This document shows, piece after piece, positions 10,658-22,112 of a DNA stretch of 32,000 nucleotides (position 1 is its first letter; each line of letters opens with the position of its first letter). A model generated the notes under the pieces. The model saw only the letters and a list, made by a program, of their open reading frames with translations, did not search any database and was not told the origin of the DNA. The stretch is taken from NCBI RefSeq assembly GCF_001457615.1, contig NZ_LN831024.1, positions 2,640,001-2,672,000 of the forward strand. Direction: 5' to 3'. The translations under genes and the position numbers were made by a program. The stretch is from Pseudomonas aeruginosa. GTDB taxonomy: Bacteria > Pseudomonadota > Gammaproteobacteria > Pseudomonadales > Pseudomonadaceae.

Positions 10658-10989
10658 GTTCGCCCCTATATAAAGTATGGATTCATTTGCAAGTAAATGT
10701 TTAAGTGCATTGCTATAAAGTTACATTGCGGGCGTTGCCTGGATAGAATCCTGGAAATGTAATTTCATATCGTTGCGCTGCTTCGATGATAATTATCGAA
10801 TGACCGGGTAGTTCTCCCGGGAGTCCGCCTGAGAACTTTGGAAATGTCCGCGGCGCAAGCACCGCTGGGCGTGAGGGGCAATGCCTTTTGTAAGCGCATG
10901 TTGCTTTTGTCCCTATGTTTCATCCAACTATTGCCAGTCTCTTCGAAGGTTGCCGAAGTGTAACCGCTAATTGTCCGTGGAGAATATTC

Positions 10990-11005
10990 ATTACCGACTT
11001 GTAAT
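10990..11005. promoter_or_regulatory. Candidate CzcR/CopR-type operator: perfect inverted repeat ATTAC-N6-GTAAT upstream of czcC
   Basis: ATTAC 10990-10994, spacer CGACTT, GTAAT 11001-11005. It lies about 165 nt upstream of the czcC ATG. The GTAAT half-site matches what I recall for CopR/CzcR-class boxes; that recollection is unverified. Confidence 0.35.
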
Positions 11006-11169
11006 TCTTCCGTCACCTTGCCGATAAGCCCCGCTACCTAACATCTGCCGCATCCCGGAAGTGCAACTTCGAATATCGCCGGCGAGATATCGCCGATGAA
11101 CGGTTGCGTGGTTCCGGGCCGGTAATGGATCGCCGTCGCCGACGACGATCAGCAGACGAGGAGCGGAAC

Positions 11170-12456
11170 ATGCCGATACTTCGGCCACTGGCCAGCGCGG
11201 GGAAACGCGCCTGCTGGCTACTGATGGGACTCTGCCTGGGCCTGCCGGCCCTGGCGAACGAAGCGCCGGTGAGTTTCAACGGCACTTCGATCAGCCTCGA
11301 GCAGGCGTTGGAGCGGGCCCTGCGGAGCAACCCCGAGCTGGCGGCGGTGGGGCGCGAGACCGAGATCGCCAGCGGCGCGCGGCAGCAGGCCGGGCTGATC
11401 CCCAACCCGGATCTGTCCTGGAGCGTCGAGGACACCCGCCAGGGCAATCGCCAGACCAGCGTCAGCATCGCCCAGCCGCTGGAGCTGGGCGGCAAGCGCG
11501 GTGCGCGGGTGGAGGTGGCGAAACGCGGCAGCGAGATCGCCTGGACCCAACTGGAAGTCCGTCGCGCCGAACTGCGCGCCCAGGTCCGCGGCGCCTACTA
11601 CGCGGCGCTGACCGCGCAGGAGCGGGTGCGCCTGGCGAAGACCTCCCTGGACCTGGCCAGGCGCGCGCTGCAGGCCGCCGACCGACGGGTCAAGGCCGGC
11701 AGCATCTCCTCGGTGGAACGGGTTCGCGCCCAGGTCCTGGCGGACAACGCCCAGCTCGACCTGAGCCAGGCGGAGCTGGAGCAGCAGCGCACCTATGTGC
11801 AGCTGTCGAGCACCTGGGACGAGCCGCAGCCAGGCTTCGCCAGGGTCGGCGGCGCGCTCGACGCGGTGCCGGCGAGCATCACCCGTGGCGCCTTGCTGCG
11901 CCATCTCGACGAGTCGCCGACCCTGCGCCTGGCGGCCCAGGAGGTAGCGCGCGGCGAGGCCCAGGTCGACCTGGAGAAGCGCCAGCGCATCCCCAACCTG
12001 ACGGTCAGCATCGGCAGCAAGTACGACCAGACCGCCCGCGACGGACGTGGCGAACGGGTCAACCTGATCGGCCTGTCGATGCCGCTGCCGCTGTTCGACC
12101 GCAACCAGGGCAACATCTACGCCGCCCAGAGCCGCGCCGACCAGGCCCGCGACCTGCAGCGCGCGACCCTGCTGCGCCTGCGCAGCGAAGCGGTACAGGC
12201 CTACGACCAGTTGCGCACCTCGGAACAGGAGCTGGCGCTGGTCCGTCGCGACCTGCTGCCCGGCGCACAGAGCGCGCTGGACTCGATGACCCGCGGCTTC
12301 GAGATGGGCAAGTTCAACTTCCTCGACGTGCTCGATGCCCAGCGCACCCTGGTCGGCGTCCGTGCCCAGTACGTGCGCGCGCTGGACGCCGCGGCGCAGG
12401 CGCGGGTGAGCATGGAGCGCCTGCTCGGTGAAGACATCGGCCACCTCGGCCAGTGA
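11170..12456 (+). CDS. czcC: Outer-membrane factor CzcC of the Czc heavy-metal efflux system, 428 aa
   Basis: GAGGAG lies 6 nt upstream of ATG 11170. Signal peptide MPILRPLASAGKRACWLLMGLCLGLPALA followed by a TolC/CzcC-like body. The track's 11104 start adds an implausible poly-Arg leader. Confidence 0.93.
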   Translation: MPILRPLASAGKRACWLLMGLCLGLPALANEAPVSFNGTSISLEQALERALRSNPELAAVGRETEIASGARQQAGLIPNPDLSWSVEDTRQGNRQTSVSIAQPLELGGKRGARVEVAKRGSEIAWTQLEVRRAELRAQVRGAYYAALTAQERVRLAKTSLDLARRALQAADRRVKAGSISSVERVRAQVLADNAQLDLSQAELEQQRTYVQLSSTWDEPQPGFARVGGALDAVPASITRGALLRHLDESPTLRLAAQEVARGEAQVDLEKRQRIPNLTVSIGSKYDQTARDGRGERVNLIGLSMPLPLFDRNQGNIYAAQSRADQARDLQRATLLRLRSEAVQAYDQLRTSEQELALVRRDLLPGAQSALDSMTRGFEMGKFNFLDVLDAQRTLVGVRAQYVRALDAAAQARVSMERLLGEDIGHLGQ

Positions 12457-12508
12457 GATTTCCGGGGCGGGCCGCCGGCGCGCCCCCCGAACGGTTCGGG
12501 AGAACAGA

Positions 12509-17141
<4,633 letters not shown>

Positions 17142-17156
17142 AGCGGGCGCGCAAGC

Positions 17157-17189
17157 GGGCCGGCAGGGGAAACCCTGGCGGCCCTTTTT
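17157..17189 (+). terminator. Rho-independent terminator of czcCBA
   Basis: GGGCCGGCAGGG (17157-17168), loop GAAA, CCCTGGCGGCCC (17173-17184). This is a 12-bp stem with one G-G mismatch, followed by TTTTT at 17185-17189, 16 nt after the czcA stop. Confidence 0.85.
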
Positions 17190-17314
17190 CGTTGGCCGTT
17201 GGACGGATTCCGTTCGATTACCGCACGCGATTGCCGGCCCGGATTGTCGCCGGCGGAGGGCTTGCGTAGTGTGGGTGGACGTTCCGCGCCCGGCGCTTGG
17301 CGCCGCGCGGCGAT

Positions 17315-17322
17315 AACAACAA
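17315..17322 (+). promoter_or_regulatory. A-rich Hfq/Crc-type motif (AAnAAnAA) in the xylS/benR leader
   Basis: AACAACAA at 17315-17322, inside GATAACAACAACGATAG and 26 nt upstream of ATG 17348. Confidence 0.45.
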
Positions 17323-17347
17323 CGATAGCAGCCTGAGTGTCCTGCCC

Positions 17348-18304
17348 ATGAATGCCTCCTTGCTCAGCGAGCGCAGCCGGGTGTTCGAACGTGCCGACCC
17401 CTATGCGGTGTCCGGCTATGTCAACCGGCACGTCGGTACGCACTGCATACGCCTGCCGGCCGCCGGCAGGCCGCAAGCCAGCCTCGACCACCGCACCTTC
17501 GCCAGCCTCGACCTGTGCCGGATCAGCTACGGCGCGGCGGTACGGGTCACCTCGCCGGCGCTGGAGAGCATCTTCCACCTGCAGATCCTCCTGCGCGGCC
17601 ACTGCCTGTGGCGCGGCGGCGGGCAGGAACACGCCCTGGCGCCGGGCGAGCTGTTGCTGATCAACCCGGACGATCCGGTCGACCTGACCTATTCGGCGGA
17701 CTGCGAGAAATTCATCGTCAAGCTGCCCTGCGCGCTGCTCGAAGCGATCTGCGCCGAGCAGCGCTGGAGCCATCCGGCGCGCGGCGTGCGTTTCCTCGAA
17801 CATCGCTATCGCCTGGACCAGCTGGAAGGCTTCGTCGGCCTGCTCGCCCTGGTCTGCCGCGAGGCCGAGTCCGGCGAGCGGCTGGCGCGGGTCGACAGCC
17901 ACTTCGAGCAGATCCTCGGCAGCAAGCTGCTGACCCTGCTGAAGACCAACGTCAGCCGCGAGGACCCCGGCGATGCGCAGGTCGTCTTCGCCCGCCTCGA
18001 TGCCTACATCCGCCGCCATCTGCAGAGCGAGATCGAGGTCGCGGCGCTGGCCGAGCAGGCGCACATGAGCACCCGTTCGCTGTACGCGCTGTTCGAGCGC
18101 CAGCTTGGCGAGAGCCCTCGGCAATACATTCGCCGGCTGCGCCTGGAGCGCATCCGCGCCTGCCTGGAAGACCCCGGCTGCCGGGTACGCAACCTCACCG
18201 AACTGGCCCTGGACTTCGGTTTCGCCCACCTCGGCCGCTTCGCCGAGCAATATCGCCGGCAGTTCGGCGAGCTGCCTTCGGAAACCCTGCGCCGGCGCGC
18301 CTAG
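17348..18304 (+). CDS. xylS: AraC/XylS-family activator of benzoate catabolism (XylS in PAO1 naming, functional BenR), 318 aa
   Basis: MNASLLSERSRVFERADPYAVSGYVNRHVG... with a C-terminal double HTH (ALDFGFAHLGRFAEQYRRQFGELPSETLRRR). It sits immediately upstream of xylXYZL. The track's start at 17297 is a TTG. Confidence 0.92.
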   Translation: MNASLLSERSRVFERADPYAVSGYVNRHVGTHCIRLPAAGRPQASLDHRTFASLDLCRISYGAAVRVTSPALESIFHLQILLRGHCLWRGGGQEHALAPGELLLINPDDPVDLTYSADCEKFIVKLPCALLEAICAEQRWSHPARGVRFLEHRYRLDQLEGFVGLLALVCREAESGERLARVDSHFEQILGSKLLTLLKTNVSREDPGDAQVVFARLDAYIRRHLQSEIEVAALAEQAHMSTRSLYALFERQLGESPRQYIRRLRLERIRACLEDPGCRVRNLTELALDFGFAHLGRFAEQYRRQFGELPSETLRRRA

Positions 18305-18321
18305 CGCCGACCGCCACGGCG

Positions 18322-18357
18322 TGCAGGAATCGGCCAGCGATCCGCAGGCAACGGATA
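18322..18357 (+). promoter_or_regulatory. Tandem XylS/BenR operator (two TGCA-N6-GGNTA-type 15-mers at 21-bp register) of the xylX/benA promoter
   Basis: Distal site TGCA-GGAATC-GGCCA at 18322-18336. Proximal site CGCA-GGCAAC-GGATA at 18343-18357. The sites start exactly 21 bp apart. An approximate -10 candidate lies near 18375-18384 (TACCTAACCT). Confidence 0.65.
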
Positions 18358-18395
18358 TCCCCAGCAGCACGCGCTACCTAACCTGACCGGGCCTG

Positions 18396-18406
18396 AACAA
18401 TAACAA
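18396..18406 (+). promoter_or_regulatory. A-rich Hfq/Crc-type motif adjoining the xylX Shine-Dalgarno
   Basis: AACAATAACAA at 18396-18406, then GGAGG at 18408-18412 and ATG at 18421. Confidence 0.5.
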
Positions 18407-18420
18407 CGGAGGCCCCGGCC

Positions 18421-19788
18421 ATGTCCCTGGGTAGCGATTACTTGCGTTCTCTGCTCGAGGAAGACCCCGAGCGCGGCGTCTACCGCTGCAAGCGGGAGAT
18501 GTTCACCGATCCACGCCTGTTCGAACTGGAGATGAAGCACATCTTCGAGGGCAACTGGGTCTATCTCGCCCACGAAAGCCAGGTTGCCGGAGTCAACGAC
18601 TACCTGACCACCCAGATCGGCCGCCAGTCGATCGTCATCGCGCGCAACCGCGACGGCCAGCTCAACGCCTTCATCAACGCCTGCAGCCACCGTGGCGCGA
18701 TGCTCTGCCGGCACAAGAGCGGCAATCGCAGCAGCTATACCTGTCCGTTCCACGGCTGGACCTTCAACAACTCCGGCAAGCTGCTCAAGGTCAAGGACCC
18801 GGCCGAGGCCGGCTACCCGCAGGGCTTCAACTGCGAGGGCTCGCACGACCTGACCCGGGTGGCGCGCTTCGAGTCCTACCGTGGCTTCCTGTTCGGCAGC
18901 CTCAACCCCGATGTCAGGCCGCTGGCCGAGCACCTGGGCGAGTCGGCGAAGATCATCGACATGATCGTCGACCAGTCGCCGGAAGGCCTCGAGGTGCTGC
19001 GCGGCTCTTCCAGCTATGTCTACGAAGGCAACTGGAAGCTCACCGCCGAGAACGGCGCCGACGGCTATCACGTCAGTTCGGTGCACTGGAACTACGCGGC
19101 GACCCAGAGCCAGCGCCAGCAGCGCGACGCCGCGGACCAGCCGCGGACCATGAGCGCCGCGGGCTGGGCCCGGCAGGGCGGCGGCTTCTACTCGTTCGAG
19201 CATGGCCACATGCTGCTCTGGAGTCGCTGGGCCAACCCCGAGGACCGGCCGGCCTTCGAGCGCCGCGCCGAGCTTGCCCGCGACTTCGGCGAGGCCCGCG
19301 CCGACTGGATGATCGAGAACTCGCGCAACCTCTGCCTGTACCCCAACGTGTACCTGATGGACCAGTTCAGCTCGCAGATCCGCATCGCCCGGCCGCTGTC
19401 GGTGGACCGCACGGAAATCACCATCTACTGCATCGCGCCGAAAGGCGAGAGCGCCGAGGCGCGCGCCCGGCGCATCCGCCAGTACGAGGACTTCTTCAAC
19501 GTCAGCGGCATGGCCACCCCGGACGACCTGGAGGAGTTCCGTTCCTGCCAGCAGGGCTACCAGGGCAGCGTGGTCGGCTGGAACGACCTGTCGCGCGGCG
19601 CCGAACACTGGATAGAGGGCGCCGACGCGGCGGCCGCGGCCATCGACCTGCGGCCGCGCCTGAGCGGCGTGCGCACCGAGGACGAAGGGCTGTTCGTATT
19701 GCAGCATCGCTACTGGCAGGAGGCGCTGCTCGCCGCCCTGGAGCGCGAACGGACGCAGCGCGTGGCGCTGCGGGAGGTGGCGTCATGA
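18421..19788 (+). CDS. xylX: Benzoate/toluate 1,2-dioxygenase large (alpha, Rieske) subunit, 455 aa
   Basis: Rieske motif [26 protein letters not shown] and a catalytic domain with mononuclear-iron His residues ([16 protein letters not shown]). Confidence 0.95.
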   Translation: MSLGSDYLRSLLEEDPERGVYRCKREMFTDPRLFELEMKHIFEGNWVYLAHESQVAGVNDYLTTQIGRQSIVIARNRDGQLNAFINACSHRGAMLCRHKSGNRSSYTCPFHGWTFNNSGKLLKVKDPAEAGYPQGFNCEGSHDLTRVARFESYRGFLFGSLNPDVRPLAEHLGESAKIIDMIVDQSPEGLEVLRGSSSYVYEGNWKLTAENGADGYHVSSVHWNYAATQSQRQQRDAADQPRTMSAAGWARQGGGFYSFEHGHMLLWSRWANPEDRPAFERRAELARDFGEARADWMIENSRNLCLYPNVYLMDQFSSQIRIARPLSVDRTEITIYCIAPKGESAEARARRIRQYEDFFNVSGMATPDDLEEFRSCQQGYQGSVVGWNDLSRGAEHWIEGADAAAAAIDLRPRLSGVRTEDEGLFVLQHRYWQEALLAALERERTQRVALREVAS

Positions 19789-20273
19789 GCCTGGGCTACG
19801 ACGCCCTGCGCGATTTCCTCTACCGCGAGGCGCGCTATCTCGACGACAAGGATTGGGACGCCTGGCTGGCGTTGTACGCCGCGGACGCCAGTTTCTGGAT
19901 GCCGTCCTGGGACGACCGCGACCAGCTCACCGAGGACCCGCAGCGGGAAATCTCGCTGATCTGGTACGGCAACCGCGGCGGCCTGGAGGACCGGGTATTC
20001 CGCATCCGCACCGAGCGCTCCAGCGCGACCCTGCCGGACACCCGCACCTCGCACAACCTGAGCAACATCGAACTGCTCGGCGAGGACGACGGCATCTGCC
20101 GCGTGCGCTGCAACTGGCACACCCTGAGCTATCGCTACAAGACCGTGGACAGCTACTTCGGCACCACCTTCTACGACCTCGACGTACGCGGCGAGAGTCC
20201 GCTGATCAAGGCCAAGAAAGTGATCCTGAAGAACGACTACGTTCGCCAGCTGATCGACGTCTACCACGTCTGA
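19785..20273 (+). CDS. xylY: Benzoate/toluate 1,2-dioxygenase small (beta) subunit, 162 aa
   Basis: SnoaL/NTF2-like beta subunit ([21 protein letters not shown]). ATGA overlap with xylX. Confidence 0.94.
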   Translation: MSLGYDALRDFLYREARYLDDKDWDAWLALYAADASFWMPSWDDRDQLTEDPQREISLIWYGNRGGLEDRVFRIRTERSSATLPDTRTSHNLSNIELLGEDDGICRVRCNWHTLSYRYKTVDSYFGTTFYDLDVRGESPLIKAKKVILKNDYVRQLIDVYHV

Positions 20274-20306
20274 CGCCCGCGCCGGCGGGCTGTCGAGGGA
20301 CATGCC

Positions 20307-21320
20307 ATGAACCATCGGATCGCACTCAACTTCGAAGACGGGGTGACCCGCTTCATCCATGCCGCGCCCGGCGAGACCGTGGCCGACGCGGCCTACCGCC
20401 AGGGCATCAACATCCCCCTGGACTGCCGCGACGGCGCCTGCGGCACCTGCAAGTGCCTGGCCGAGGCCGGGCGCTATGCGCTGGGCCAGGACTACATCGA
20501 CGATGCCCTCAGCGCCGAGGAAGCCGCCCGCGGCTACGTGCTGACCTGCCAGATGCGCGCCGAAAGCGACTGCGTGCTGCGCGTGCCGGCGTCCTCGACC
20601 CTGTGCAGGACCGGCCAGGCGCGCTACGAGGCGCGCATCAGCGAAGTCCGGCAACTGTCGCCGAGCACCATCGGCCTGTCGCTGCGCGGCGAGGCGCTGG
20701 CCAGCCTGGCGTTCCTGCCCGGGCAGTACGTCAACCTCCAGGTACCCGGCAGCGAGCAGCGCCGCGCCTACTCCTTCAGCTCGCTGGCGAAGGACGGCGA
20801 GGTCAGCTTCCTGATCCGCAACGTCCCCGGCGGGCTGATGAGCGGCTTCCTCAGTGGCACGGCCAGGGCCGGCGACAGCCTGGCGATGGACGGCCCGCTG
20901 GGCAGTTTCTACCTGCGCGAGATTCACCGGCCACTGCTGATGCTGGCCGGCGGCACCGGCCTGGCGCCGTTCACCGCGATGCTCGAACGGATCGCCGAAC
21001 AGGGCAGCGCGCACCCGCTGCACCTGGTCTACGGGGTGACCCACGACGTCGACCTGGTCGGGCTCGAGCGCCTGGAGGCGTTCGCCGAACGGATTCCCGG
21101 CTTCACCTGGAGCGCCTGCGTGGCCAGCGCCGACAGCGACTATCCGCGCAAGGGCTACGTGACCGAGCACATCGCCGCGCAGCACCTGCACGAGGGCGAC
21201 GTCGACATCTACCTGTGCGGGCCGCCGCCGATGGTCGAGGCGGTCGAGCGCTACCTGCGCGAGCAGGGCGTGCGCCCGGCGAATTTCTACTACGAAAAGT
21301 TCGCCGCCAGCGCGGCCTGA
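20307..21320 (+). CDS. xylZ: Benzoate/toluate 1,2-dioxygenase reductase (2Fe-2S ferredoxin plus FNR-like domains), 337 aa
   Basis: Plant-type ferredoxin cysteines CRDGACGTCKC...C, flavin motif RAYSFSS, and an NAD-binding motif (LMLAGGTGLAP). Confidence 0.94.
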   Translation: MNHRIALNFEDGVTRFIHAAPGETVADAAYRQGINIPLDCRDGACGTCKCLAEAGRYALGQDYIDDALSAEEAARGYVLTCQMRAESDCVLRVPASSTLCRTGQARYEARISEVRQLSPSTIGLSLRGEALASLAFLPGQYVNLQVPGSEQRRAYSFSSLAKDGEVSFLIRNVPGGLMSGFLSGTARAGDSLAMDGPLGSFYLREIHRPLLMLAGGTGLAPFTAMLERIAEQGSAHPLHLVYGVTHDVDLVGLERLEAFAERIPGFTWSACVASADSDYPRKGYVTEHIAAQHLHEGDVDIYLCGPPPMVEAVERYLREQGVRPANFYYEKFAASAA

Positions 21321-21345
21321 ACCCGAGCGAGCCAAGGAGACTCCC

Positions 21346-22107
21346 ATGAACGACAGATTCCGCGACAAGGTCGCCCTGGTCAGCGGCGCCGCCCAGGGTA
21401 TCGGCCTGGGCGTGGTCCGGCGCCTGCTGGAGGAAGGCGCGCGGGTGGTGGCGGTGGACCGCTCCGAGCTGGTCCACGAACTGGCCGGCGACGCCTGCCT
21501 GTGCCTGACCGCCGACCTGGAGCGCTACGCCGAATGCCAGCGGGTACTGGAGCGGACCCTGGAGCGTTTCGGCCGGCTGGACATCCTGGTCAACAACGTC
21601 GGCGGCACCCTCTGGGCGAAGCCCTACCAACACTACGCCGAGGACGAGATCGAGGCCGAGCTGCGGCGTTCGCTGCTGCCCACCTTGTGGTGTTGCCGAG
21701 CGGCGCTGCCGGCGATGCTGGGGCAGGGCAGCGGGGCGATCGTCAACGTCTCGTCGGTTGCCACCCGCGGGGTCAACCGGGTGCCCTATGGCGCCGCCAA
21801 GGGCGGGGTGAACGCGCTGACCGCCTGCCTGGCGTTCGAGACCGCCGACCAGGGCATCCGCGTCAACGCGGTGGCGCCGGGCGGCACCGACGCGCCGCCG
21901 CGAAGGATTCCGCGCAACGCCGCGGCGCAGAGCGAGGAGGAGCGGCGCTGGTATCGACAGATCGTCGAGCAGACCCTCGACAGCAGCCTGATGAAGCGCT
22001 ACGGCAGCATCGACGAGCAGGTCGCGGCGATCCTCTTCCTCGCCTCCGACGAGGCGTCCTACATTACCGGCGTGACCCTGCCGGTAGCTGGCGGCGACCT
22101 CGGCTGA
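21346..22107 (+). CDS. xylL: cis-1,2-dihydroxycyclohexa-3,5-diene-1-carboxylate dehydrogenase (SDR; BenD/XylL), 253 aa
   Basis: SDR glycine motif VSGAAQGIG and the YGAAK catalytic motif. AAGGAG Shine-Dalgarno upstream. Last gene of the xylXYZL block. Confidence 0.93.
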   Translation: MNDRFRDKVALVSGAAQGIGLGVVRRLLEEGARVVAVDRSELVHELAGDACLCLTADLERYAECQRVLERTLERFGRLDILVNNVGGTLWAKPYQHYAEDEIEAELRRSLLPTLWCCRAALPAMLGQGSGAIVNVSSVATRGVNRVPYGAAKGGVNALTACLAFETADQGIRVNAVAPGGTDAPPRRIPRNAAAQSEEERRWYRQIVEQTLDSSLMKRYGSIDEQVAAILFLASDEASYITGVTLPVAGGDLG

Positions 22108-22112
22108 GCGCT

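Noticed and set aside
8272-10696. ORFs 8272..9414-, 8535..9818+ and 9434..10696+, overlapping czcS/czcR and the small ORF.
   Set aside because: They are off-frame or antisense to the well-supported czcS and czcR frames, and their products are Arg/Pro/Gly-rich nonsense.
10765-11016. 83-aa minus-strand ORF inside the AT-rich czcR-czcC spacer.
   Set aside because: It has no Shine-Dalgarno, its codon usage is unlike Pseudomonas with AT-rich third positions, and I recognise no motif. It also spans the candidate czcC operator. More likely non-coding regulatory DNA.
20275-20290. 6-bp GC hairpin (GCCCGC gccg GCGGGC) between xylY and xylZ.
   Set aside because: It is short, has no U-tract and sits inside an operon. 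At most it is a minor mRNA-stability element, and this kind of self-complementarity is common by chance in GC-rich DNA.
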